From: Eledone cirrhosa
Taxonomy: Eukaryota
NCBI GenBank assembly: GCA_964016885.1
Contig: OZ024751.1
Location: 8,680,001 to 8,744,000, forward strand
Length of the DNA stretch: 64,000 nt
Direction of reading: 5' to 3'
Part shown: positions 45,511-59,167 of the stretch, piece after piece
Position numbering within the stretch: the stretch's first letter is position 1
Layout of the letters: each line of letters opens with the position of its first letter
The notes under the pieces: generated by a model
Told to the model about the DNA's origin: nothing
Databases searched by the model: none
What the model saw: only the letters and a program-made list of their open reading frames with translations
Translations under genes and position numbers: made by a program

Positions 45511-46010
45511 TCCATCTATCTATACTGTAGAATTCCAGCTTCACGATGGAAGTAGATAGAATGTAGATACAAAGAAATAATTTACCTCCAATTCACCACT
45601 TTCCGAAAGTTGATAGTGTATAACAACAAATAAAACTGCTACTCGCACTGCACCATTAACTTCTTCAACAAGTCACTTCCATCTCTACACTGCAAAATAC
45701 CAGCTTCACTTCGGAAGTAGATAGAATCTAAAAAGAAAGACGCCATATACCCCCACAGCACCACTAGTTGAAAGTTGATAGTGTTTAAAACCAAATAAAA
45801 TATCTACACCCACTACCCCATTAAATTCTTCAACAAGTGACTTCCATCTCTCTACACTGCAGAAATCCAGCTTCACGGCGGAAGTTGACAATGTTAAATC
45901 AAAGAAATATTTTACACACACAGCATCAATAGTCGAACGTTGATAGTGTTTAAAAACAATCAACAGCTACTCCCAATGCGCCATTAACTTCTTCAACAAG
46001 TAATTACCAT
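45511..46010. repeat. Diverged ~166-bp tandem repeat, 3 copies
   Basis: ccagcttcac..ggaagt.ga, gttgatagtgt.taa and ccattaa.ttcttcaacaagt each recur three times. Confidence 0.8.
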
Positions 46011-47760
46011 CGTAATCCTAAGTCTCTACCAATCATAAGGACCAATATTGAAAGACCATTAATATACAATAGATGATCAGCTTTCCTGAAAAGTGAATAT
46101 TATAGTAAAGTTGTGAAATATAATTTCAATCTGCTTTTCTTTATTAGCTGTAATATGGTGGTTAGAAAACAAACAACAAATAATTTATAGATGTGGTTTA
46201 TAAAAACAGTCTGTTTACATTAGCAAAATTCAGTGGCGTCAACAAGTTTATCAAACTCCGTAATATTTAATAAGGCACTCTCATTAATTAAAAGCGAAAG
46301 AATCAGTGAAGCTGCGTTTAAAATTTATGAGACATATATTGAATAATGGATGTGTAACTATAAAATTCTAATAAACCATAAATGTTTATGAATATATCTT
46401 TAATTAATAGTCATGAGAGAAAATCAACACAGACGGTACAAGTATACATGTACAATGCTTATGAGTCCAATAAATTGAAAGGTTAGACGCTGGTGTTAGT
46501 AAAATATTGATCAGAATAAACCAGAAAGACTTTCGGTAAAACAGAATAAATTTGCGTTTTAAGCAACCTCTATTCAGGAATAGCCAAATATTGATTCCTT
46601 AGCTAAGCACCAGGCCAACACTTGTGTTATTGTAAGGTTAAAATCTAGTATAGAATAGTAAGGTAGCAGTCGTTTTTTAACACAACGCCACTGATATTTT
46701 CGTTTGTAATTATTGAAAGTGCTCTATTAAATGTTATTGAGTTTTCTAAACTGACTGATACCCCTCAAATTAGTTAATGTAAACATATTGTTTTTGTATA
46801 ATCATCTTCTATAATTCAAGTTTTGTTTGTTAAATATAAACAGATTGAAATTGTATTTAACATATACTGTACATTATCTGCTTTGCACGAAAGGTGATCA
46901 TCAATTTTCCTTTGATGATCTTACAATGTTAGTCCTTATGATTGATAGGATCTCAGTTGTGATAGGAATCGCTTGTTAAATATATTGGTGTTGCAGTGGG
47001 AGTAGGTTTATTTGTTTTCACATTGTATCTGTCTTGCTTGTGAAGTGTTTATTCTTTCTGAATTGAATACGCTGGGTGCAAGAATAAGTAAAGAACAGAT
47101 GGAGAACAAAAGTAGCAATATTGAACATGAGTAATAGTACCAAATATAACAATAGTTAACCTAATAGCAGAAGAAAAACAAAGCATCAACAACGAAAAGA
47201 TTGATCGTACTAATGGAAGATACCTCTCATCTTTCAATAGGTTATCGAAATCTTATTTCAGACAGACTATTGTTTATTACTGATTGGTTATACACATGTT
47301 ATTGATCATTGATTCATTTTATACGAAGGCACAATCAATCGTGAAGTACATTTTCTGCTGTGCCTTCGACAGGTGGTTTTAAACATATGAACATATGATT
47401 GTAGGCTTGATTATTTTGTTTTTTCTAACAGTCGAGTGAAATATGTCCATAGTATCCTCGGTTGATTATTGTCAAGAAAGAGATTTGATACTGAAGTAAG
47501 ATATCTTATCCACTTCTGATCCTGAGCATCAATCAGGTGTAAATAATAACGTTACTACGTGACAACGTGTGTGATTTCATGCGGCCACTCTAAATGTTAG
47601 ATTTATCAGATAAACCTAACTCAAATTACACAATATCATTTTACAAAGAGAAATGTGTTATACATTTGATAATGAATTCTAGAAATTAAGACGTGATTTT
47701 CGTGGCTTGAGCACATTTAGTGACATGTATGCTTACTGACACTCAAAACTGGTAATAAAT

Positions 47761-47777
47761 AGTAGTAGTAGTAGTAA

Positions 47778-47843
<66 letters not shown>

Positions 47844-47910
47844 CAGCAGCAGCAGTAGGGGGAAGAGGAACAGCAGCAACAATAGGAGCAGCAGCAGTAG
47901 TAGTAACAAC
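47761..47910. repeat. (AGT)n/(AGC)n microsatellite
   Basis: Directly visible. Confidence 0.95.
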
Positions 47911-48296
47911 ATCATGAAAACAAGGACTATGTTATGTATCGTGTAATATATTGTTATTTTATTGACTAACCGAAATATATCTGCCATCAAGTCACGTTAC
48001 ATAACATTAGCGTTGACAATCTCATTTAAGATATAATGTATCTGAAACGCCGTTATATGTGTCACATGTTATGCAAAAAATAACAGCAAAATATTTCGTA
48101 AAAAAACATACAACCTTAGAAAAAGAGGAAAGCAAGGGGTACAATAGGTCAGAAGAAATTCATGAAATAAAAAGTATGAAGATGACTCCGTAACAACGTC
48201 TTTTGTAGTAAGGATGCACTATGATATCTGACCGAGGACAACTGTACCAAATAAAACCAAAAGCTAAGAAATGAGTATTTATATATATATATATAT

Positions 48297-48723
48297 CAAT
48301 GATATTAAATAAATGGAAACTATATTTATAAAACCATATTTATTGTATTATATATATTTCAAGGGTACCAAAAGTATGGTACGCTCTCCTCAGATAAAAT
48401 ACAAAGTTTGTTTTATAAATATTGACATATCCAGGAAGAAGATCTTAACGGTTCTCAACTCTCCAGGAAAAGCTTGAACCGTTAAGATCTTCTTCCTGCA
48501 TATGTCAATATTTATAAAACAAACTTTGTATTTTATTTGATGAGAGCGTACCAAAGTTTTGGTTCCCTTGAAATATATATAATACAATAAGTATGGTTTT
48601 ATAAAAAGAGTTTCCATTTATTTAATATCATTGCTATTATACTCCAGAAAGCTTGTTGAGTACTTCGAATCAGTTATAAACATATATATTTGTTGAATTA
48701 CCAACAATTAAATATCCCGTTTG

Positions 48724-48725
<2 letters not shown>
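48297..48725 (+). mobile_element. Short PLE-type foldback insertion: 158-bp inverted arms, each with an HHR, plus a 3' extension
   Basis: Arms 48297-48454 and 48476-48633; HHR cores CTGAGGA (48343-48404, minus) and TTGATGA (48526-48587, plus), stem II gagcgtacca/tggtaccctt, GAAA, palindromic tatata stem III; (TA)n flanks. Confidence 0.75.
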
Positions 48726-48764
<39 letters not shown>

Positions 48765-49578
48765 AGGGATAATCTAGGAATAACTGCCAAATGTCAGTAA
48801 GATTTTATTTTTATTCAACTCTCTGATTTCACGTCTCCTAGACAAACCAAATCTAAATTTTCAATAAATCTTTCTGTAGTCGATGGTTAAATATAAATAT
48901 AGCAGGCAATTTCTCCCTATATAACATTTTAAAATCTTTAGAAAAGAAGGGCATTTTGAATACAAGCGATCGTTATTCTATTTATTGTATCATGCAGGAG
49001 CTTGCTGGGACGGAACACATAAATTTATAGGTTTACTCAATCAAGGTACTTCTCTGTGGTTAAACTACAATGCCATCGCCACCACCAAAAACAAAAACAA
49101 AGACAATATAAAACTAAATGACGTTGGTGTATCTATTATCATTCGAAATGAAAACACAAACATACAAAAGATAAAATCATCATGGCGGCTACCATAACGT
49201 TGTTTAATGGATTCCTTCTTTTTAAATGCTTTAATCGAAAATAAAACCAAATAAGCTTTGATCGGAAAGTTAATAGCGAAGGCAAAATATAAAATAAACA
49301 GAGAAACATTCTCTATATGTAAGATAACAATATCTAATTATCTTTTATGTCAATGCAATTTTAATGACGAAATGCATTTTCCTCTTCGTCTTCATGTGAA
49401 CTACCTATATCATAGAATTTACATAGGAGACAAAGAATTTCAGGTATAATGATACAGAGAATAATGAGAAACGATTTACTCGTGGCTCTCCTATGAAAAT
49501 CAATATATCTATGTTTTCTCATTTATGAAAAAAGTATCGTTTTCGAACACACATGTGCTTTCTGTCTCTCTCTCCCCA

Positions 49579-49639
<61 letters not shown>

Positions 49640-49788
49640 TTCTCTCTCTCTCACTATTTCCCTCTCTCACTCTCTCTCTCTCACTCTCGCTCTCTCTATC
49701 TCTCTCTCTCTCTCATCTTATATATATATATATATATATACTGTACCGATTGTTTTGTTATTTCTGTTTACCTTTTACACACACACAC

Positions 49789-49842
<54 letters not shown>

Positions 49843-50117
49843 ACACACATACACACAAATACACACACACAAACACACACACGTACACACACACACATAT
49901 ATATATATTAGGTATTAAATTAACAATTAATATAAAAACAACAATTCAAGATATTTTATCTATTCATATCATTGTTTTACGATCGTTTTGGAGGGTCGGT
50001 CATATTGACATATTGTCTGATCTATAGCAGTTATGTAACTGTATACTATCAGACCTCATACATAGGTTTGATAAGACCGTCGTCTGTCAATATGATCGGT
50101 CGATCATAAAACATGGA

Positions 50118-50167
<50 letters not shown>

Positions 50168-52006
50168 GGTGTGTGTAGTTATTTATTTAAGGCAATCAGT
50201 ATATGAGGTGTTCACCGCCACACTCACACACACACACATATTATATATATATAGAGAGAAAAGACGGGGATGAGTGTGAAAGAGTTTTTGCTTTACGCTG
50301 TTTCTGAAAACTAGGAAATCTATACAATAGGATGTCATCGAATCATTTCAAAGAATTGTTCATTTTGAAGGGTAAATCCTTATCTATGGCTATACTGTTT
50401 CTGTGTTTACATAAAGGTGCAAGCGAGTAATACTGCATTGCTTTTATAGAGTTTTACATAGATATTTCACAGAACATTGCCATTACACCTCTCGTTTGAT
50501 ACCTATATCCATTCTACCTTTTTTGACGTTGTATTGTTGCTTTGCAATACGTTGCAGTGGTGTGTAGACTGAAAGTGTTTTTGTTTAATTATTTATTCGC
50601 AAGTTACTTTTGAAAGAGCACATCTCCGATTATATATACGTTTCAACTGTGAAATTCTAGACATGATTTAGCCAAGGCACAATATTGTCGAAATTGTTCT
50701 TTTGCTGACGCTAGGTGTTTGTAGTAGGATCTAAATTTAATAAATGATACGTCAACCACAGTTCTCCTATCAGAAGAGAAAAGGAATCTAAGACATTGTA
50801 TTACGTCTATAAGTTGTTCAAAGAATATCCAAATCCATTCAATATTAACTGGCAATTCTCGAAAGAAGCATGCAATAGAAAATAGTCTAAAACCTTTCAT
50901 GTTAGGTATACGACAATATGAATTATTTTAGCTACATAAGCATGAATCTGCTGTAAATCTGCCTACAGTTAACTGCTCCTATAAATTAAGTTGTATTTCA
51001 TTATTTCGGATTGACGTACAACTCGGTAATCTAAAAGTAGATACCATTCGAAATATTTCCAGGGATTTTTATCTCAATTATGTATCATTTAGAAATATTA
51101 CTCTTCCCATATATGTCACATTTAATTAACTATGTTTTTTAATACTATTTTCAAGATGGATCTAATGATATCTTCTCAGTTACTCAAATAGACAATCGAA
51201 CAACATACACGCGCTAGCGGACGCGCACACGCACACACACACACGCACACATACATACATGCATACATACATACATACAAACGCATACACACACATTTAC
51301 ATACATTTAATTAGATATCAAAATATATTTTCTATAAATTTATTGGCAACGTTTGCAATGTGTACTTCTAATCAAGTTGAGTTTTAACATTTTTCTGCAG
51401 AAGATTAAAAAACTTCATTCATCCATTGTTACACATAAATTAATATTCTGAACATAGAGAACTGATTCATGAATAGAACACGTATCTGACTGACGTCCTA
51501 TGTATCCATTCATATGTAAATAGATAATATATGTGTGTGCTTATGTATGTATGCATGTATGTATGAAGGTATGTATGTATGTATAGATGTGTGAAGGTAT
51601 ACATGTATGAATGTATGGTTTGTCTCTCTTACATTTGAGTTTATTCTATCCGTCTAACATTCTGCCATCGATTGTGGAAAGAAAATAAAGGGAATATCCG
51701 GAGTGTTATAAGTAATAATTCATAATTTGAACCCTAAGAATATTTACCAGATCTTGAAGCTTCCAGATATCGTGTCCATTTGTATCCAATAGATTAATTA
51801 ACTGTGCTCTCTTATGAATAATCCAAATTAAGTCATACAATGGTCCAGTGGGGTTGGTTTTATTTTGTAGCACAAATAATAATATGTATGCAACTGAACG
51901 TGTAATTTTAGTTACTGAATGATCTGCCTACCCCTCACAAGTACGTTTATATACATTTATAAGTCTTTAGATCACACGTTTTTAATAAGTGCTCCCAAAT
52001 AATAAT

Positions 52007-52187
52007 TGTTTCTACTTTAGGCACAAGGCCAGCAATTACGCAGTGCATTACTGGTTCTTTATTTTATCGACCCCGTAAGGATGAAAGGCAAAGTCAACCT
52101 CGGCGGGATTTGAACTCAGATCGTAAAGGGACGTTACTATGCTGGAAAGCATGGCGTCCGACCCTCTACCGATACTACCAATCCACC
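52007..52187 (-). mobile_element. tRNA-derived SINE (octopus OK-like) with target site duplication
   Basis: Reverse complement: A-box-like tggtagtatcggt, B-box gagttcaaatccc, then gcctttcatccttacggggtcgataaaataa; TSD gctcccaaaYaataat at 51991-52006 and 52188-52203. Confidence 0.85.
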
Positions 52188-52304
52188 GCTCCCAAACAAT
52201 AATATCAGACCGAATTAGTTTTGATTTGTTGGTGTTTTTTATTTAGTTCCCACCAAGATACATTTTAACCATCATCGTAAAGATGTTCACCGTTATCTAT
52301 CAGT

Positions 52305-52335
<31 letters not shown>

Positions 52336-52761
52336 AGAAAAGCGTCCAAAACGTTAAGACCCTCTTCCTGCTATTTCAAGCGTTAACCTAATATATTCTT
52401 TCTATACACTGTACCGATTTTGTTGTTATTTATGTTTACCATTTACATATATATATATATATTTATTAAAATAACATATTAAAGTTTAAGCAAAGAATCG
52501 CTGCTTTCACCCTTAACGGGATCTTCTGAAACTCATTTTTGCTCTACGGTTCTTATATATTTGATATATATTTATCCTTATCGAGCCCTCTTTGTATTTT
52601 AGTATTCAAAGTTATTATTATTACTATATATATATATATATATGTGTGTGTGTTTGTGTCTCGGATTCAATTGGTAAGTAAGGTACTCAACGTATCGGCC
52701 AATGACCACCTGCCCCTACCATTAGAAAACGTATAAATACCACTATATCACAATGACAGTC

Positions 52762-52813
52762 GGCTTTCCTGATGATTTCATTCGAATGAAACATTTCTTG
52801 TCTTGTAGAAGCC
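52762..52813 (+). ncRNA. Hammerhead ribozyme related to the Naiad pLTR HHR, in a short rearranged PLE-end fragment (52660-52828)
   Basis: ggctttc-CTGATGA-tttc/attc/gaat-GAAA-ca..tg-TA-gaagcc, followed by ttctatattaaaa as at 26676; inverted ttgagtaccttacttac at ~52674-52690. Confidence 0.78.
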
Positions 52814-52939
52814 TTTTCTATATTAAAAAAACACACACCCTTACACACGCGCACACACACACACATACATACACACACATACACACACATGCACACACAC
52901 ACAAACAAACACACACACACACACACATACACACACACA

Positions 52940-53033
<94 letters not shown>

Positions 53034-53330
53034 AATAGAAAAAATGAAACGAAATTTCATTTCCCACTCTTAGTACGGCTGTTAGTTAAATATAAGTATG
53101 TACACGTACATACATATATATATGTATACAGACGTACAGTAGTATGTATATATATATATATATACATACATCCACACACATATATATGTATGTATGGATT
53201 CACCGAACATTTATTATAATGCTCGGTGTGTTTGTAAACAAATGAGCAACGGTGGTTGCTGGACACTACGGTTTAATATGGGATGTTTGTTTACAAACAC
53301 ACCGAGCATTATAATAAATGTATATATAAT
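53034..53330 (-). repeat. Diverged partial copy of the 32-37 kb array monomer with an inversion (another fragment at ~5725-5780)
   Basis: gaaacgaaatttcatttcccactcttagtacggc..tatgtatacagacgtacagtag; inverted repeat ~53207-53241/53286-53321. Confidence 0.7.
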
Positions 53331-53697
53331 CTTCGGCAGTGCATTCACGCTTGCTCTTGCTTCCAGAGCATACCTCATGTGAAAATAGTAAGGAAAATAC
53401 TTTTTTTTCGCATTTGGCACTAATTGATGTGGCTAATATCTTCGTTCTTTGTTTTACATAGCCTACATTCATTGTTGAATAACAAAGTTCCTCATTTCTG
53501 AATACATGGTAAGTATTCTTTGTTCATAGATTGCATGGAGATATCATTCAAGGCCGGTTGTTCTAAATTTGTCGAAACTCCAAGTCAGTTTTTAAATATG
53601 GTTTGCCTATCATAATTGTATGCGATAAACCACTTTTATTTCCCTAGTAAATTTAGCTTTTACCATTTATATACTGTATATATATATCTATACATAT

Positions 53698-53772
<75 letters not shown>

Positions 53773-53865
53773 TATATAATAAAAAATTGAACAGGGACAG
53801 AACAGAGAGGCAGTACGACAAATGTTTATTAGATTCACGCTCAGGAGAGTGGGGGGTAGGTGGAG

Positions 53866-53898
53866 GACGACGTTTCGGGCATAAGCCCTTCCTCAGGT
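53866..53898 (-). ncRNA. Minimal HHR in the Neptune pLTR (second copy at 58650-58682)
   Basis: Reverse complement: ac-CTGAGGA-a-gggc/ttat/gccc-GAAA-cg-TC-gt; palindromic acgt stem III, very short stem I. Confidence 0.65.
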
Positions 53899-54730
53899 AA
53901 GAGTTCAAAAGGTGTGTAGGGGAGTGGTGGAGAGACATATAGCGAAAGGAAACGGTGCGAATGAAAAATTAACAAATAAAGACAAAAATATAATAAATAA
54001 TAAATAAAAATAAAGCATGATCAAAATACAAGGAATGAGAACATTTAAAAATAAAGGCATGATCAAAATAAACTGAAATTAAAAGGGGGGTAAACAGGTG
54101 GTGGAAGGGTGTGGGGTGAGTAGAGGTGGAGGCGGGTGGAGTGGGGAGAGGGAGACGGGGTGTCCGAGCGGGGAGGGCTGAAGGTGGTGTGTGTGGTTAG
54201 GTGTGCGTGTGTGTGTGTGTGTGTGTATGTGAAAGTGAGGGTTGGGGGAAGAACGGGGTTGCATGTTCAGGAAGGTGTGTGTGGGGGTGTTTTGGTGTGT
54301 CGGAGGGTCTGTGCGTGTGTGGATAGGGGGTGGGGGGAGAGGAATCAGGGGGCTGAGGGTGTAAATATGTGGTGGGAAGCACGTGTGTGTGGTTTAAGCG
54401 TGTTGTGGGTGTGGGTGGCGTGTGGATAAAAAAATTTGTTTTGGGATGTGTGTGTGGGTGAGTTATATAGGTGATGGTGTTAGAGGATGGTTGAAAAGTG
54501 GTAAGTTACACGGATGTATGGAGATTTTGGTTGGAAGTCAAAACGCGTGTGGGTAATCCAAGAAGCGGTGGTCGGAAGAGGAGAGATGTGGGGTGCGCGC
54601 GCAACAGGAAGTGGTCAGCAGTGGGAGTGCTGTGGTCAGTGGGTGCTGAGACAGTGGTCGGAAGGGCATAGCAGCAGTCAGCGGAATGGTAGGGAGGCGA
54701 GGATGGGTAGGTGTGAGCGTTGGAGTGAGG

Positions 54731-54777
<47 letters not shown>

Positions 54778-55310
54778 GTGTGTATTAGTAGGGGTGTTAG
54801 TGGGATGAGTGAGTGTGGAGTGGGGAGAGAAGGGTGTGTGTGGTTCTAAGGAGGGAGTGTGGTGTACTGGTGTGTGTGTAGTTTGGTGAGGAGGTGTTAG
54901 TGGGTGTTAGTAGACGGGAGGTGGGGAGGGGTGGACTGCAGGTGTGAGTGGGGGTTAGTGGGGGTAGGGTGTGTAGAGTTGGTGGTGTACGAGGGTGTGG
55001 GGGTTAGTGGGGGTAGGGTGTGTAGAGTTGGTGGTGTACGAGGGTGTGTGGGTACGTGTGCGTGGGGTTGGAGGGTGTTAGTGATGTTAGTTGCGTGTGG
55101 GGTGGGTGGTGTATGTGTGTGCGTGTGATAAGGAGGGGGGAGGAGGAGAAGAGGGGAGGGAAGGGATGTTAGTATGTTAGTTGGGGAAGGGTGGTTAGAT
55201 GAGGGGTGGAGTGGGGGTGTTAGTATTGTTAGTGTGGGGTGGGCGGTGAAAAGGAGGGGTGTGTTAGTGGTGTTAGTGGGGGATAAGTGGGGGAGGGAGG
55301 CGGTCGAACG

Positions 55311-58100
55311 CTAAAGGAATAAGGGTGGGGAGTTCAGGCCGGGGGGGGGGTCTGTAAGATGAAGATAGTACGTTGTTCGACCGTGAGGCGATGGGCGGGT
55401 GTTCCGTGGCACTGGAGTAGGCCACAGACTGTGAGATGGTGTGCGGAGTGTCCAGGGCCACCAAAGTGGCGGGCGATGGGGGAACTGCCCCCGAGACGAA
55501 TGTCCCGGAGGTGCTCCGTGACTCGGTCCGCCAGGCGGCGTCCCGTCTGTCCGACATAAGTCGCGCTGCACCTCGTGCAACGAAGTCCGTAGACTAGGTT
55601 GGAGGAGGTGCAGCGGAAGGCATGCCGGACCGAGAGAGGGTGGCCGTTGGGACCCTGGAAGGTGGTGGTGTTTGTGATGTGGGGACAGGTGTTGCAGCGG
55701 GGCCTAGAACAGGGGAAGGAACCGGGGGGGGGAACGGAGCGTGGGTTGGGGGGTAGGGAGCTGTGGACGAGGAGGGTGCGGAGATTGCGTGCGCGTATGA
55801 AGGAGGGGAGTGGTAGGGTTGGGAAGATGTGGGAGGTGGAGGGGTCGGACTGGAGGTGTCGGAAGAGGCGGCGGATGGTGCGGTGGAGGGGTAAGGTGGA
55901 GGGGTGGTAGGTGATGGGGAAGGGGAGACGGTGGGTGGGTGTGCGGTGGCGTGGGGTGAGGGTGGTAGAGCGGGGGATAGCACGGGCGCGGGTGAGAGCG
56001 GTGTGGACGAGAGAGGGGGGGTAACCTCTGCGGATGAAATGGCTGACTAGGGAAAGGGCTTGGGACTCGAAGTCAGCATCTCGGCTACAGAGGCGGCGGA
56101 TCCTGAGTAGTTGGGAGTAGGGAATGGAGAGTTTAGTGTGGGTGGGGTGGGAAGAGGTGAAGTCGAGGTAAGAGTGGGAGTCGGTGGGTTTGAAGAAGGC
56201 GGAGGTGACGAGGGAGTGGTGGGAGGGGTCGAAGGCGACGGAGATGTCCAAGAAGTGGACGTGGGTGGTGGAGATAGAGGTGGTGAAGTGGAGGGAGGGG
56301 TGGAAGGAGCAGAAGAAGGAGAGAAAGGAGTCGAGCTGTACTCGGGTGAGGGTCGTGGCTCCGATACAGTCGTCAATGTAACGACCGTACAGTTCGGGCG
56401 TGGGGCCGGTGTACTGGGCAAAGATTTGGGCCTCAACATGGCCAACAAAAAGGTTGGCATAGTTCGGGCCCATTCTTGTGCCCATGGCTACCCCCGTGAC
56501 CTGTTGGTAAAACTCACCCGAGAAGGAGAAACAATTTAGGGTGAGGACCAGCTCGGCGAGGCGAAGGAGGGTGGGGTGGAGGGAATGGGGGAGGGGCGAA
56601 GGTCGAGGTAGTGTTTGAGGGCGCGAAGGCCGTCGGCGTGGGGGATGACGGTATAGAAGGACTTGATGTCTAGGGTGAAGAGGAATGGCTGAGGGCCGGG
56701 TAGGTAGGTGAAGGAGTCGAAAAGGCGCAGGGCGTGGTTGGTGTCAGAGATGTGGGAGGGGAGGGTGGTGACAAGGGGGGCGAGGAGGGAGTCGAGAAAG
56801 GCGGAGATGAGTTCGGTGGGGCAGTTGCAAGCGGAGACGATGGGACGGCCGGGGTTGTCGGGTTTGTGGAGTTTGGGGAGGAAGTAGATGGTGGAGGTGC
56901 GGAGTGTGCGGACGATGAGGTGGGAAGCGGTGGGGGGAGGAGGGAGGAGGCGATAAGGTCTTTGATGGTGGAGGAGACTTGTTGTTGGTAGAGGGGGGTG
57001 GGATCGGAGGGTAGAGGGCGGTAAAAGAGGGGGTTACAGAGCTGCCTGAGGGCTTTGGCCTTGTAGAGGTCCGCGCGCCATACCACCACGGCGCCTCCCT
57101 TGTCCGCCGGTTTGATGACGATGTCCTCTCGGCTACGGAGGGAGCGGAGAGCGAGGAGTTCGCCCCGTGAGATGTTGTGCCGTTTGGAACGGTGGCGGAT
57201 GTCGAAACGATTTACTGCGCTACGGCTGGCATCGACGAAGGCGTCCAGGGTGCTAAATTGCCCTGGGGCCGGCGTCCAAGAAGATGGTCGTCGGCCCAGG
57301 GCGAGAAACGGGTCTGGGGCGTCCGGAGCCGGTGGCGTTTGACCGAAATGTGCCTGTAGCTTAGTGCGTCGCACGAATCGCTCGACTTCCGTTCGGGTAC
57401 GGAACTCGTCGCTGAGCGGAGTGTGGGGTATGAAGCGAAGGCCTCTACTAAGGAGTGAGCGCTCAGGTGCGGAGAGGGGGAGGTCAGAGGGTATGGTGAC
57501 AACAAGGGGTGGGGTTTGGGTGTTAGGGGAGGGAAGGGAGGGTGTGGTGAGGGATGGAGATCGGGTGGGGGTGGCGGTCGGGGGAGAGGTGGGGAGTGGT
57601 GGGCGTATGGGGATGGGCGGGTGGTGGTGGATGGGGGGGGGGAGTGAGTGTAGCTTGCGGGCTTTGGTGGAGCTGAGGAACGAGAAGAGGTTGTGGTTGA
57701 GGTTGTGGATGAAGGAGAGGATGGCTTGGGCGAGGAGGGGGTGGCAGGTGGAGTAAAGGCGGAGGAGGGTGGGGGTCAGTTGGTGGTCAAGTAGGCGGAG
57801 GGTGGAGCGGGAGGCGCGGATGGAGTTGCGCATCAGAAGGCGTGAGGATCGGGTGAGGATACGTTGCGCGGAGGGGGAGGCAGCGGGGGAGGGGTGGAAG
57901 TGTAGACGGAAGCCAAGGGGGATAAGGTGGAGGCGGAGGCAGTGGCTGAGGAAATGGATGTGGCTGGAGTGCCTGGTTTTGGCGAAGAGAAGGTAGGAGA
58001 GTTGAAGGGCGGAGGGGAGATAGCAGGGTGGAAGGAGGGGGGTGAGTAAAAGTTTGATGCGATTGTGGAGTTGGTGGAGAAAGGATCTCAGGTTGGCCAT
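55311..58100 (-). CDS. Neptune-type PLE RT + GIY-YIG (~930 aa), broken only by three frameshifts in G homopolymers
   Basis: FLSHCLRLHLIPLG, LSRGLRFIP, IKPADKGGAVVV, YFLPKLHK..GRPIVS, LDIKSFYT, GVAMGTRMGPNYANLF, RYIDD, CSRPRCNTC, LVYGLRCTRC..YVGQT, P.GLN. Confidence 0.88.
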
Positions 58101-59065
58101 GATGGGCGTTGGGTGAAAGCAGAGGGGGGGGGGAGAAGAGAGGGGGGGGTGGAGTGAACGAAGAGGTAAGTGCGAAGGATAGGCAGAGACGGGGATGGGA
58201 AAAGGAACCAGAAAAACGTAGGGAGGGAGTAAACACCGGAAAATTAAAGACAAAAAATCATAACGGTAATAACACAGGCGATCGTGAACAAAAATTCATA
58301 GAAATATCATAAAGGTAATGACACAGGCGATCGTGAACAAAAAATCATGGAATACAATTGTAGGAACACAGGCAAAGAATCATATACGGAAAAAAAAGGG
58401 GGTACGGTAACAAAATCAAACAGAGGTAATGCGTGGAAGGAAAGACAAAGTGTGGGAAGGTGTGTAAAGTTCGGAGACAGGTCACGGCGGATTAGATCGG
58501 GGTTGAGCCGGTTGTTAAGTGAGTTCCAAGGATGGAGGCCGTGTGAGCGTGTGTTTTGTATAATAAAAAATTGAACAGGGACAGAACAGAGAGGCAGTAC
58601 GACAAATGTTTATTAGATTCACGCTCAGGAGAGTGGGGGGTAGGTGGAGGACGACGTTTCGGGCATAAGCCCTTCCTCAGGTAAGAGTTCAAAAGGTGTG
58701 TAGGGGAGTGGTGGAGAGACATATAGCGAAAGGAAACGGTGCGAATGAAAAATTAACAAATAAAGACAAAAATATAATAAATAATAAATAAAAATAAAGC
58801 ATGATCAAAATACAAGGAATGAGAACATTTAAAAATAAAGGCATGATCAAAATAAACTGAAATTAAAAGGGGGGTAAACAGGTGGTGGAAGGGTGTGGGG
58901 TGAGTAGAGGTGGAGGCGGGTGGAGTGGGGAGAGGGAGACGGGGTGTCCGAGCGGGGAGGGCTGAAGGTGGTGTGTGTGGTTAGGTGTGCGTGTGTGTGT
59001 GTGTGTATGTGAAAGTGAGGGTTGGGGGAAGAACGGGGTTGCATGTTCAGGAAGGTGTGTGTGGG

Positions 59066-59167
<102 letters not shown>

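Noticed and set aside
47733-47990. Poly-Leu membrane protein ORF
   Set aside because: Antisense reading of the (AGT)n microsatellite
55594-58236. Pro/Ser-rich and Gly-rich overlapping ORFs
   Set aside because: Alternative frames of the C-rich Neptune ORF
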